Assembly (NCBI GenBank): GCA_951406725.2 | Contig: OX597814.1 | Coordinates: 203,794,001 to 203,858,000 of the forward strand | Reading direction: 5' to 3' | DNA from: Octopus vulgaris | Taxonomy: Eukaryota | DNA length: 64,000 bases | Part shown: piece after piece, positions 1 through 12,534 of the stretch | Layout: each line of letters starts with the position of its first letter | How positions within the stretch are numbered: position 1 is the stretch's first letter | Translations under genes and position numbers: made by a program | The notes under the pieces: model-generated | Database searches by the model: none | What the model saw: the letters and a program-made list of their open reading frames with translations, nothing else | What the model was told of the DNA's origin: nothing

Positions 1-145
1 AGACTTCAATATTTTGATGATGTGATAATTTATTTATAGAATGATGTTGTAGGGTAGGTGTGTGAGGCTTGATCAGGCCAGTTTGAACATAAAGCAAGTA
101 GAATACATTGGCTGGATGTGGTCGGTTTAAATGCTAAAGCGTTAA
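1..145. mobile_element. End of a TTAA-type (piggyBac-like) MITE, CCCTTTAGC terminal family
   Basis: Ends ...atgctaaagcg-TTAA. Similar copies at ~17985-18467, ~26586-27196 and ~34848-34993. Confidence 0.55.
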
Positions 146-975
146 TAACTTTTTAATATTTTTCATCTTTATAAAATGAAAAATGAAGAATGCAGTATTT
201 TTCCATATTGTTTACAATTCATTCATTCTGATGATGGTTTTGCTCTGTCTCTGTTACTAATAAACAATAGTTGCAGTGTGTGCCATCTTACTTCCTACTT
301 AGGACTTGAAAACATTTACATATTTAGTTCCCTAAACATTTTCCATCTGATACAATAGCTGTTTACCTTTATCCTTCTCTTCCCAATATTGTATTCAACA
401 TGGTTCTACATCTGTATAAGGATCTTTTAACCCCTCCTATGTTCACCTGTATCCTATAAAGCAGACATCCAATCTATACTATTTTCATTTCTTCTCTTGT
501 ATTTTTTCACCTTCGTATATATTATGCCTGTTGTTACTTTATAAATCATTTTGATACAGTTTCTTTCTTAAATTTTTGACTTCATTTTCTTTTTATCTTC
601 AACAGCTAAATTCAATTTGTATAGCCCCCAGCCACTTATTCCTTGTATCTCTAAACTTGGTTGTATACCAAATGCAGCTGAATTGTCAACAAGCCTTCTA
701 CAAGTAAAATCATTATTTTTTATTTTATATTTTAATGTTTGAAACCTATTTCAGAATCTAATGATGTTATCCCAAATAAAATAGCTGAGCAAACTTTATA
801 ATCCTTTGATTATAAGTTCGATCCCATTGCACAGCACCTTGGTCTCCTACTATTCCAGCAGGTTGGCCGATGCCGTGTTAGTGGAATGTATCAATGAAAT
901 CCCTGTAGCAGCCTGTCTGTCTTTGCTAAATGTGGAGAGTTGTGTCCCTTTATAAATGTGTGTGTAAATATATAT

Positions 976-1342
976 ACTCTCTTTTACTTGTTTCAGTCAT
1001 GTGACTGTGGCCATGTTGGAGCACCGCCTTTAGCCGAGCAAATCGACCCCAGGACTTATTCTTTGTAAGCCTAGTACTTATTTTATCGGTCTCTTTTGCC
1101 GAACCGCTACGGGGACGTAAACAGACCACCATTGGTTGTCAAGCGATGTTGAGGGGGAGGACACATATACATATATACGATGGGCTTCTTTCAGTTTCCG
1201 TCTACCAAATCCACTCACAAGGCGTTGGTCGGCCTGAGGCTATATAGAAGAAGACACTTGCCCAAGGTGCCACGCAGTGGGACTGAACCCGAAATCATGT
1301 GGTTCGTAAGCAAGCTACTTACCACACTGTCACTCCTACGCC
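976..1342 (-). mobile_element. tRNA-derived SINE family A (~370 bp, central CA/TA microsatellite), nested in an older opposite-strand copy
   Basis: The minus strand reads GGCGTAGGAGTGACAGTGTGGTAAG...GGTTCAGTCCC (A/B-box-like) then GGCACCTTGGGCAAG. Closely similar copies at 26670, 31716, 38760, 47812 and 54110. Confidence 0.85.
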
Positions 1343-1584
1343 TACTATAACCTAGTAATTTGATGAGTAGGTGTCAAAGTATCAAACTGAAATTAAGTAC
1401 TGGGTTGACTGAAACCCTTCAAGGTGGTGCCCCAGTACGGCCACAGTCTAAAATTTACTGAAGCTATTAAAAACACAGGATATGTTTTGGAAGCAGTAAT
1501 TTACTTTGTTGTATAATTGGTTAACAATACCTTTGACCATATTCCATGGGTTGAAATATTTTCACAAGTTTATTTCTTTTTCAG

Positions 1585-1675
1585 ATGGAACCTTCCAAAC
1601 GAATATGCGCCTCCAACGCAATGAAACACGAATACTTTTGGGATCTCCCACCAAAGATTCACCAATTACCAGATG
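1585..1675 (+). CDS. CDK14: PFTAIRE-type cyclin-dependent kinase (CDK14-like), penultimate coding exon (end of kinase domain)
   Basis: Acceptor tttctttttcag|, donor GATG|gtaaag. Translates MEPSKRICASNAMKHEYFWDLPPKIHQLPD, matching kinase subdomain XI (KRxxAxxAxxHxYF) followed by the PFTAIRE-type DLPP motif. Earlier exons are outside the window. Confidence 0.85.
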
Positions 1676-1719
1676 GTAAAGTATTATCTGAAATCATTGG
1701 AAGGATGGTAATATTATTG

Positions 1720-2740
1720 CTAAGGCTGCAAGTTGGCAGAACCATTAGCATGCTGGGTAAAATGTTTAGTGGCATTTCTGCCAAGGTTAACTTTGCCATT
1801 CATCCTCTTGGAGTCAATAAAATAGGTACCAGTTGAGTATTGGGGTCGATGGGATCAATTTATCCCCTTCCCGAAATTGCTAGCCTTATGCCAAAATGTG
1901 AAATCAGTATTATTATTATTATTGTGTTCCAATTCCGCTAAGGTTGACTATGTCTTTCATTTTTTTTGGTGTCAATGAGATAAGTACCAGTTGAATGCTG
2001 GGGGTGAATGTAATTGATTTAACCCCACTCCAGAACCTGCTGGCCATGGGCCAAAATTTGAAACTAATATTATTGTTAGCTGAGGTGGTGAGCTGGCAGA
2101 ATAGCTGATGTGTCAAACAAAATGCTTAGCGACATTTCTTTCAGTTCCTAACAATTTTAATGTACAAATAATACTGCCAAGGTAAACTTTGTGTTTCCTC
2201 CTTTCCAGGTCAATAAAGGTAAAGTACCAGTCTCGTACTGGGGTCATTGAAATCAACTTCCTCCACCTCAAAATTGTTGGCTTTGCACTAAAATTTGAAA
2301 CAATTCTTATTGCTAAGGCAACAAGTTGGCAGAACTGTTAAGGCATTGGACAAACTATTTATTGGCAGTTCTGACTCCATTATGTTTGTCAACTTTGCCT
2401 TTCATCCCTATGGGACTGATAGAAGAGAGTACCAGTTGAAAACTGGGTTCAATGTAATTGACTTACTCCCTCCCCTTAAAATTGCTGGCTTTGTACCAAA
2501 ATTTGAAACCATTATTCTTATAATTAATATTAGTCAAGAAGGCGGTGGTAAGCTGGCAGAAATGTTAGCGGTTTTTCATCTGTCTTTATGTTCTGAGTTC
2601 AAATTCCGCCGAGGTCGACTTTGCCTTTCATTCTTTCAGGGTCGGTAAATTAACTACCAGTTGCATACTGGATTCAATCTAATCAGTTGACCCCCTCCCC
2701 CAAAATTTCGATTCTTGTGCCTAGAGTAGAAAAGAATATT
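1720..2740 (+). mobile_element. Head-to-tail cluster of about five SINE family B copies
   Basis: Repeated unit GAGCTGGCAGAA...TTAGC...CTTTGCCTTTCATCC...GGGGTC.ATAA..AAGTACCAGTTG...CCAAAATTTGAAAC at ~200 bp spacing. Same family as 35776-36005. Confidence 0.75.
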
Positions 2741-3757
2741 AGTGGAGAAGACCTCAGTTCCTTTGTGGTAGCCAAGCATCTGATGTCCATTGTGGAGAGC
2801 AATATATGAGGTCTGAAACCGAATGGAATGTAGAGATGACAGGGAAATCAGAGGCAGTGGCGAGAGAGAGAGGGGGGAAGCCATACAATGGATTGCAGAG
2901 AATAACATGAGTAGAATCAGTGATGGATGCTGTAAAGAGAAATAGCATAAGATAGTTGGGTCCTGTGCTAAAGAAGGACAGCAGAGACTGGATGAGAGAT
3001 GAATGATGGAAACAACGAAAGGAAGTAGCAGATCTAATAATAGGTCATGGCTAAAGATGACGGGGGCAGAAATGAGAAAAGGGTTGGTGAGGAGGGAGAT
3101 GTAGAGGAGACGGCAGAATAGAGAAGAGAATCCTAGAGCCTGCAGGACTCACCTATATCTGAGCAGGGAGAGTCTTTTGTTGTTGTAATAGATGAACTGG
3201 TAGAATAATTAACTCTCAAAGCACCAGTAAATTCTTTACTGTAGTCTCAGCTACTAAAGTGACCTAATCAGCAATGAAAGTGGGTATATTGAAACCATAG
3301 TGGTCTAGGTTATAATAAGGTGGGAAAAGTTCAAGGAGCTGCAAACAACAAAGGGTTTTCTCTCCCCAAGCAAAGAGTGGGTTATATATGATGCATGTCT
3401 ATGAACTGTAATGTGTATGACTGGTGAGAGGTGGGTGAAGAAGTGCCAGGAGATTCCCATGGAAGGAAGAAGACCAAGGAAAACATAGGTAGAAGTGATG
3501 AAGGTTGATTGAAGAGGAACTGACAAAAGAGTGCAAGAAATGGCATGAAAGTACGGGAAAATTAATGTTAAAAATGAACACAGAAAAGCATTTTATGTGT
3601 TTGACTACAAATCTTTTTAAAGTTAATTTTTCCTCTCATCCTTCATAAGTCAATTAAAATGAAGTAATAGTGTATATGATTGATTGATTCCTCGCTCAAA
3701 ATTGCTGGCTTTGTGTCTATGTTGCAGTAGTATTTCACACTTGTTTTATCTCCACAG

Positions 3758-3876
3758 TGGCTTCCATATTTGACATTCCTGGTTTGAAACTTCTGCCTGA
3801 AATGAATGAACCAGTCAATGCTGCTCAAAAAAAGCCCACTTGTCGCAGTGGCATACGAACCACGTTAAAGGCATGA
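3758..3876 (+). CDS. CDK14: CDK14-like last coding exon (exon continues as UTR to the donor at 3904)
   Basis: Acceptor ttttatctccacag|. The phase-1 join gives (V)ASIFDIPGLKLLPEMNEPVNAAQKKPTCRSGIRTTLKA*, resembling the CDK14 'SIFTVPNVRLQPE' tail. TGA at 3874-3876, donor ATAG|gtaagt after 3904. Confidence 0.85.
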
Positions 3877-4482
3877 GAATGGGATTGGTTCATAGAGACT
3901 ATAGGTAAGTTTTAGGAACTAACTTAAATTACTCTCCACCCTCACTATAAATTATATTTGATAAAGAGATAGCAGTTGTCTATGAGGAAATGTAAAAAAA
4001 AAAACTTCACAGCACATCCATAATCAGTAAAAAAGAAGAATCTATATTTTTAAAGCTTTCGTGATAGTATTTTGAATTAAATTCACTGCTGTTGTGTATC
4101 ACTTTTAAAAATAATTAAGAATTTGGTGGGATTTAGGGAGAGAACTCTATTTGGAACATAACTTGAGACGAAGTTCTTAAATTGAATTATGACCAACAGC
4201 TTTTATGCTAATATGTTTAACTCTTTCAATACTAAACTGAGTGTCCCCAACTCTATCATGTAACCTCCTTGATTAAAATCCTCCAAAATTTCTTAATTTG
4301 TTCCAAGCAGCAGCTTAGCAACAGCAAAGTTATTTTACTAAATTCTTCGTAATTTTCAAATTAAACTGAAACAAAATAGAATCATGGTAACAAAGGGGTT
4401 CAAATTAATACTTAAAAACTGATTTCAAACATTAAATAGTTATCATTGTTAACTAAACTGTTTGACTTTTTGAATATTACAG

Positions 4483-7040
4483 ATATGAAAGTTTCTACTC
4501 AAGATGGCAACTCATTTGGATTGTTCAACATTAGAGACCACTAGCAGTAGTGATGGTCACTAATGATCCTCTCAACAGATTTCATTTGTTCCTTTGGTCT
4601 CATTATTCCACATTAATCATCCATAATGATCAATCTAAGTTTCAAGCTGTAGCCAAGCTAGACCAAGATCATCTGCTGCATATTCCTGTTAAATATGCTC
4701 CACAATATTTGCTGTCCATTCTCAACAGATCTCTATTGAAATGGTCAATTAGAAAGAAAATGTTAATTTGTGTTGTTGAAAGACTAAACAAGCTGGCGTA
4801 CACCAAAGAGGAATACCATCTTGAACTAAAAAAAAATAACAACCAAAACAAACTTGATTTATATCTGAAACTAGTCCATTGCTTAGAGCCTCAATTTTGT
4901 GCCTGCAAATCTCCCCCACATCCAACATTACTACTATAATAGTGATTGAAAGAACTTTCCAAGACACAGACAAGACTTTTTTTCCTATTGCAATATATTT
5001 AAAACTGGCTCAACATATGGAGAGAGAGAGAGAGAGAAAAAAAAACTATGCCTGCAATGGGCCTGTATTTCATAAAGTCCAGAAAAATGGTGAAAAAGGA
5101 AATTTTATTTTCGATACTGAACTCCAAAGTATAAAACTAAACCCTTAATCATGTGAAGCAGTGAGTGGCGTTGGAACTAAATTCTTCGTGTAACCTTCCA
5201 CTCCTTCAGGTATTTTCTTTAAAACGTCTACTTCCCCCATATTATGACAATCCAATTGCTAATTCCTCTAAATTGATTATTACTGGCTGATTGTTAAAGG
5301 AAGCCAGTGCTGTTTGTGCCCTTCTCTGTCTGAACCCATTAGATTCTGTTATATTAAACGATTATAGTTATGACTGCTAATTCATGAATGCTTTTTTTTT
5401 TTAAAAAAGAAAAGAAAAAAAAAATCCTACTCCCTATTTAGCAGTTAATAAAAGCCATTTGGCTGTGTTATTTTCCAAGTTTTGGATAGATGAATGAGTA
5501 AATTACACTTTGTGACATTTTATAAACTTTGATAAATTAGTTTGTTACACGAAGGTTTACAAAGAAACAAAACTTATCAAGTAGAACTGGTTCATCTGCT
5601 CTATAAATAAATACTCAAAAGTGATTTTTTTTTAACGAAAAAGAATATTTGTTTAAAAAATATTGAAAAGCTGTGAAAGAGATAATTCTTTACATTTATA
5701 CAAAATAAAACATGTTGTCCTTGCACGCAATACACGGTGCTGACATGATGAAGTTATGAAGATTTTATTACAATCTTTTCTTATAAATCGAATCTGTGAG
5801 AAAAATATTTTTTCAGAACAATGAATGACCAAACTTGCTATCTTAAAGGGACCACCAATTTCCATTCTATGAAAGCTTGAGTGCTGAAGTCATAAGGGAT
5901 TTCTGTGATCAAACATCAGTGCTAGAAGAAACAAACAGCACTAAGTAATGAATCTTCTTTAACCAGCTGATAACACTGGTTTTGGGGGCCTAAAACTAAT
6001 TCCTGAAAATCTTGTCAAACATCAAGAAACCACACACAATTAGTAAATGTGTGTCTTGTGTTAGGTTGTTTAGTTGCAGAAAGAAAAATTTATATTCCAA
6101 ACTAGAATGATACAATGGGTCTAATTATTTTGAAATATTTAGACTAGACAAGGAAAGCAATAATAATTTACTTTTACTGAAAATGTTAAAGAAAAACTAA
6201 AAGATCTAATGAAAAATTTCTCACACTGCCGTAAAAATTCATGTTTTCTCAAGTTTTGCTTTCAAATTAATCTTGTTCCTTGATAATTTTAATCTGGTTG
6301 GCAGTTGATGCTTATAGCAATTTAGAGCTACTAATCCTAATCCTTTAGAATTTCCTCTGTCTGACCCCCTACCTTTATTAAAAACCCAAATCATTTCCAG
6401 TAGAAATACCCTTTCCCAAAACATACCAAATCCTGATTCCTTTTTCTTTATTCACAAAGCTTTAAAAGATGGCACCAGTCCATCCTTATGCCTCAGTACT
6501 CACCATAATCCCAGAGTGAGTGAGACCCCTATATACTTTTCTGATAATAGCTCGTTTGGAAACTAATATTATGATAATCAAAAGGTTTGCTCAAATTGTT
6601 TAAGCATAGTTATGCTGATTGCTTTAGCATGATATTTATGGAAAAAAATATAAAACTAACAAAAAAAAACAAACAAAACATAGAAAGTATTCAATGGATC
6701 ATCTCCCAAATCTCATAGCTATAAATTACCCCCTCCCCACTTTTTTTTTTTTATGAACATCACATCATTCTGCCATTGATATTTTTCTTTTTTGCAGAGA
6801 TCTGTTCATCATGAAGATATTTCTAAATTTATTTTATTTGGTCCACTTACGTGAAGTCTGTGGCATTGCTTCACTCCATAAATATATAAAATTTCCTATC
6901 ATCATTCGGTTTCCAATTCATCATACTCACAAAATGTGCATCGTTATGCACGCTGACTGTTAACAAAATAATGCAAATTGTACATTCCTGCATTTTTTTT
7001 TATTCTGTAAGAACTTGGAATAAATACTTTCTGTAAAGAT
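4483..7040 (+). other. Probable non-coding terminal exon (long 3'UTR) of the CDK14-like gene; 3' end uncertain
   Basis: Candidate acceptor tgactttttgaatattacag| at 4482. The stretch is largely SINE-free, with AATAAA at 5447-5452 and 7019-7024. Confidence 0.45.
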
Positions 7041-8986
7041 TGTTTAAAAAAAAACCATTTTAGTTTGTTTACTGATCTTGTGTCACTGGAGACATTTGTG
7101 TCCAGTTTTCCCTACTTTGATGACTTGTTGGACAAACTTGATCCAAAGGATTGGTTAGTGATCAAAGATTATGGAATGGATGGATTTAGTGAAACAGACA
7201 TACATAGAGGTCAAAGTATGTCGTGTATTTCAGAGTGTTACATATGGATTAATTAAAACTGCAATTAACAAAAGTGCACATCAAATCAGATGACACTAAA
7301 AACAAGTGGAGTATTATTTTGTTATATAATGTAATAATTAATATGAGGAACGTATAGCTGTACTATATAAGTTCTTCTAATCACTATTGTAGTTGTAATG
7401 GAACTTTATATTAGATTAGTTGGGCTACGTTACATAATTTACATCAGTTTAATGTCCACTTATCCATGGAAGGAATTTGTAGAGGCAGATTTTGTTTCTA
7501 TCATTATTAAATGTTAGGTTAGCCCAAATATCACTGAAGTCGATTCTGCCTTTTACCCTTCTAGGGGTCACTATTGTCAGCTAATACCCTCTACACAAAA
7601 TTTCAGGCATTGATTATTTTTACAATAGCTTTTTTTTTTTTTCATATTAAGTTTTCAAAGTAACTAGAGGTTATCTTTTACTGGTTTCAGTCACTGACTA
7701 GCAGTCCTACTAAGGCCGACCCCCAGTACTTATTTTTTAAGTCGGGTGCTTATTCTATCAGCATCTTTTGCTGAACCCCTATATTATGGGGATATAAGCA
7801 AACCAAAACTAGTGGCGACAGGGACAGACAAAATCTTCACATTCAACAGATTTGCACCAAATCCAAAACCAGCCGGTTGTTAAGCAAGTTTCTTTACCAC
7901 ACACCCATGCCTAATGCTAGTTTTCCTTTGTTGCATGTCTTTGCATGAAAGAAAACTAACATTTTCTTCCAGTTTGGTCATAGAAAAGCAAATATTTAGG
8001 TCACGTATGATAAATTATTCAAGTTTAATTAGATAACTTAACCACATATCCAGCACAGATTAATTGGTCAACATGATTATGATAGATTGCTATTAGACTG
8101 AAAGCATATAGTTTGGTAGGTGTTGTTCCTCTAAGTAGTTGGATGTCTTACATTTATTAATTTTCTACGATGAAAAAATATCTGAAACCATGAAGTAAAA
8201 GGGGCAAATATCTTAATCTTCTCAATATTCTGTATGTATTAAAAGTAGCTTCTAGCAAAGTCGATTAGTAACAGCATGAAATTGGTTGGGAGGAGGAATG
8301 GTTCAAATTGGTGTCAATCCTACCATGGCTATCTCTTACAACACAGAATCAGTCCTAGAAACCCTAGCAATATCTTTTACAATAACTACTGAAGAGACCA
8401 GACAGAACGCAGCACTAGATTTAGGAGCTTTGTCTCTTATTTTTGAGATCAAATCCACCCAACATTGAATTTACTGTGTATTTTTATTGTTAAAAAATAA
8501 TGGCAATTTAGGGAAAGAAATTTAATTCACTGCAATCTATCCTACAAAACTTGGCCCTGGGTTGGCTCTTTGGATCATTTTTAAATGATTTTGGTATGCT
8601 AAAGGTAATGGAGGGGGGGGCATCTCAACCTGGAAACTTGGCTTGCAACTGAGTGGACTCTACTAAAGGCAATTGACAACAATCAGAAAGTATTAAACCA
8701 GGTATTAGATAAAATCTACTACATTTAGTTTGCGTCTACCAACTTTCACATATAAAATTTTGCTGTGGAGCTCTGCCAAAAGAGACTGTGCAGTGGGGTT
8801 GAACTCATAATCATGTAACTACGAAATTAATCTTCTTAGCACACGGGTCATGCTAGATCACATTCACTAAAAGTGATGTGCTTCATGCTATTGTATTACA
8901 CTTTCTTTACTGAAAATTTTGGCCTTGCAGCAACCAGTTATATCATCCTTTAATGTCCATTTGCCATGGGTTTTTATATAGATATC

Positions 8987-9840
8987 TTGGGTCATCACAT
9001 AAATAATGCAGTTTTTTTATACTCTCATTTTTCAAAATTAAAATAAAGTTCCTTTTTAATTTAAAATATACTCTCCATTTCCTACAATGTTCTTTCATCT
9101 ATCTTGTTGACTTGCAAGTCCCTTCTTCCAAAATTCACTTGTCTATAAAAACACTTCTCTGGTACTGTTCTAATTTTGCCTACAGAATCCATGTTTTTTC
9201 CATCTAAATGATAATCTGATGGGGCAATGTCCATCAAATAGGGTGGGTGCAACATCATTTCCCATTCAAACTGCTCCAGCCTTTGGAATGACATCCTTTG
9301 CTGTATGTGGCTGTGACGATTAGACTCGGGAAGTTTGTGAGGAACCCATTGACCCAATTTGCTAACTTTTCTGATGGCATGCAAGTGTTGATGAATGGTT
9401 GAATGACCAAATCCAACCTTCTCTGCTAGTTCCTCAACAGTTGTTACAAGGGAATTTTGTTCCACCTGGGTTTGCAAGACGTCTTCGTCAAGCTCTACAG
9501 ATCTTCCAGGACGAGACTCATTTTTTAGGCTGTAGTTTCTGGCTCAGAATTTCTGGAACTACCATTAACACAGGCTTGCACTTATTGTTTGAACCCCATA
9601 TACTACATTAATATTCCTCCCACTTTCCATTACGTTGTTGCCTTTATTGAATTCATAAAGCAAAATATGCCAAATATGCTCCTTTGTTACTTCCATTATA
9701 GCTTTGAAAAAAAATAAGGACAAGATAGAAAATACTACCTGCTTTTATAGCAAGTTGATGCAGGTAGTTTATCCCATTCCCCTCTGACTTTTAGTTCATA
9801 CAAATGAAACAAAAAACGCATTATTTATGAGATGACCCAA
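8987..9840 (-). mobile_element. Internally deleted, defective mariner DNA transposon
   Basis: TIRs ttgggtcatcacataaataatgc / gcattatttatgagatgacccaa, with TA on the right flank. ORF 9082-9477 has the mariner HTH, WVPHKL and HPPY..DIAPSDYH motifs, but the middle of the catalytic domain is missing. Confidence 0.9.
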
Positions 9841-10090
9841 TACATTCTGAAAAGTAAGGAATATATAAACTTAAATATTGTTTCATACCAAAAACAAGAC
9901 ATTAAAAATCCATACCTTTCATGTATATCTGTGACCTGATGTTAAAGAAATTATGTTCCGATAAACCATCAACATTCATTAGCTGAGAAAATTTTATTGA
10001 AGATTTTCTTTTTTTTTTTGACAATTATCTGTTTAACAGCAGCAAATCGTTCTACGTTTGTTGCCCTATAACAAACAATAGATTACGCAT

Positions 10091-10096
10091 TTTATT
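10091..10096 (-). terminator. Candidate polyadenylation signal of alpha-catulin (implies ~2.2 kb 3'UTR)
   Basis: AATAAA on the minus strand followed by GU/U-rich tattgtttgttat. An alternative AATAAA sits at 9993-9998. Confidence 0.35.
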
Positions 10097-11243
10097 GGAA
10101 GTTGACAGCGACTCATGTATTCATGTTGAAACAGTCACAAATAAGTATTACAACTCATACCTAAAATGAATTGCAGGAGACAGCATTCCAAAACAAATTG
10201 TGCAAGACAGATTGGATACTTTTTTTTAAAAAAAAATTTTCTACACCTTAATAAGGATCGATAAAAATAATTACTTTTTTTTTTAAAACTTATTTTTAAG
10301 TGTTAAGGTTGATTTCTTTACAAGATTGCTCAGGTTAACATTAAATTTCTCTCTCTCTCTCTTTTTCACTCTCTCTCTCTTTCAAGTGTGATATAATAAT
10401 ATTTCAAATAAAAATAATCCGAATATCATCACAGGAGTGCCGTGGGCAGAATTTGTCATTTATAGAGTTGGTGGGCTAGCAGAAGACAAAGTGCCATAAT
10501 GCATACACATACAGTATTAATCAGGAGATAATAATAATGTGCTAGTAAAATAGATTCACACAGAAAAAGCCATTGATATAAATAGCAATACAGTTTTAGA
10601 AAATGTACATGCAGATTGGATTGCATCAAATGATTTGCAGCAGTTTTATGAAGGAGCCCTGTTGTCCATGTAATATATATATTATATACATAAAGAGCTG
10701 TTTACATGACAGACGTGAAGCCTGAGAGTTTTACAATTGGATAAATAGGAAGCTGTGACATTTATGCCTTTCCCAGGCTAAAATGAAGTGAAATGGTTAC
10801 AACTTGCATTCAATGCCAGGTTGTAGATGGCATCACTAAGAATTTCTAATATGCCACAATTAATTAGAATCCCACTTACTCCATTTAGTTTTTGCTTTTT
10901 TTTCTCATTATTATTCCATCTTATTTTTGAAGATGTTCACTGCCCCCTCCCCCAAGAAGAAATATTGGTGGATTACTGGAATCATTTAAACATAAGAAAG
11001 GAATTGCTAAATATCTCTATTCAGTATTTTCTCTTATTTTTCATAAATTTGTTGTTAGTCGGAATAATGAAAACAAAATAATACATAAATGACTTGAAAA
11101 GCAAAAATAATAACTTAATATAATTAATTAGTAAGGAGAAAAAAATTGAATTAAAATTTAGAAAATAAAGTTTAATAAACTGGAAAAGAAAATCAAATGA
11201 TGTAGAGCTTGATTGAAGGAGGGGGACTTCTGCAATCTGTTCG

Positions 11244-11290
<47 letters not shown>

Positions 11291-12306
11291 ATGTGTGTGT
11301 ATATAAGATGGAAATAGCCTGTGTGTATTGGATGGAGCAATAATACAGAAGCTAGGGAAAATTACTAATATGTAATTGAAATGTTGCCTGTAAAACTCAT
11401 TAAAAGCTGGATCTGAATGTAACGACTATTAATAAATGTCTCCTGTATTAGACATTGAGATTAATACTTTGTCAATGAGAAAAAGTTTACTGTACATACG
11501 TTACAAAAAGGTATACTTTACACCCATACACATGTATCTCTGGTGCATGCTGTGTCCTGTGTTAGCTGCTCTTGGCTGTGGAAATCCTAACCTTTGATAT
11601 GTACTGCATAGATTAAATTTTTACTGTAACACAAACATTAAACCCTTACATCAGTAAAGGAATAGAAATATTTTTGTCAATGTACCAAATCAGAATTTCA
11701 ATTAAAAAAAATAAAATAAAATACTTATTTTTGTTAGAGCTGCTGTTGGTAAAAGTAAGATCTTTGTGCCATTTGAGGAAATGTTTAAGAGTTTTCTTGT
11801 CAAGGAGGACAATATGAAGACACTAATGAAAACACTACATCACAGAGACATAATTACAAACAAGCAGGGATGGGCGGGGGGGAAGAAGGAGAAAAAAAAA
11901 GTCGATCATTTTGATTGAGAGAGGAAAGCTTATTACAAACTTATTGAATATTTCACACTGGTATATCTTTGTCATCACTGACGACAGGAGTGAATGGATT
12001 AGAAGAGACACGAGAGATGACTGGGAAGCTGAGAATTTAGAAGCCATACACAGAAGGAATTACACGCACTTCTGGAAACTAAAATTTCAATATCACAGAA
12101 TAATTACTAGATTTCTTTTTTTTGTTTGTTTGTTTTTCTTGTTTTGTAAATGTTTAAATGTCTATTTTCATTGATCAATCTTCTCTCACCAGTTTTTGCT
12201 GTTGTCACCTAAGTGATGATATACTCTCTTCTCTATTTAAACACTTTGGTTGATGCTGACACTGCAGTAGTTTTAATGAAAATTGCCCATCCTCACAAAG
12301 CCAGTC

Positions 12307-12534
12307 TCAGGAGTCTAGAAGTCCAATGGTAGATAAAGGCTTATTAAGCGATGAGCTGCGGTAAAGACCTTCTATGTAGGAGTTCTGTAAAGAAGGGGGC
12401 GCAGTGGTGGTAGTACTGCTGCCACCCGACTCACTTCCAGCATCAGTGCCACCATTTGCCTGATTATCAAGGCGTTGGGAGCTTCCACGCCACTTGTAAG
12501 ACTGGACAGACGTTGACCGGCAGTCTATGTTGTA
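12307..12534 (-). CDS. CTNNAL1: Alpha-catulin terminal coding exon
   Basis: Acceptor ttttgtctttttcag|. Translates YNIDCRSTSVQSYKWRGSSQ...PLSTIGLLDS* (75 aa + TGA) and continues ...CATK|YNID as in invertebrate catulins. Absent from the ORF track. Confidence 0.85.
   Translation of the reverse strand, partial: YNIDCRSTSVQSYKWRGSSQRLDNQANGGTDAGSESGGSSTTTTAPPSLQNSYIEGLYRSSSLNKPLSTIGLLDS

Noticed and set aside
1270-1342. tRNA genes at SINE heads
   Set aside because: A/B-box-like motifs are present but there is no full cloverleaf, and each is attached to a SINE body.
1585-3876. PCTAIRE (CDK16/17) assignment
   Set aside because: HEYFxDLPP and SIFxxPxxxLxPE fit PFTAIRE/CDK14 better than the PCTAIRE YFxSLG..SIF..KEIQLQK tail; the diagnostic helix is outside the window.
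3874-3880. Stop-codon readthrough of CDK14 or catulin
   Set aside because: The contexts TGA-GAA and TGA-GAC lack the CUAG readthrough motif, and I see no other supporting signal.
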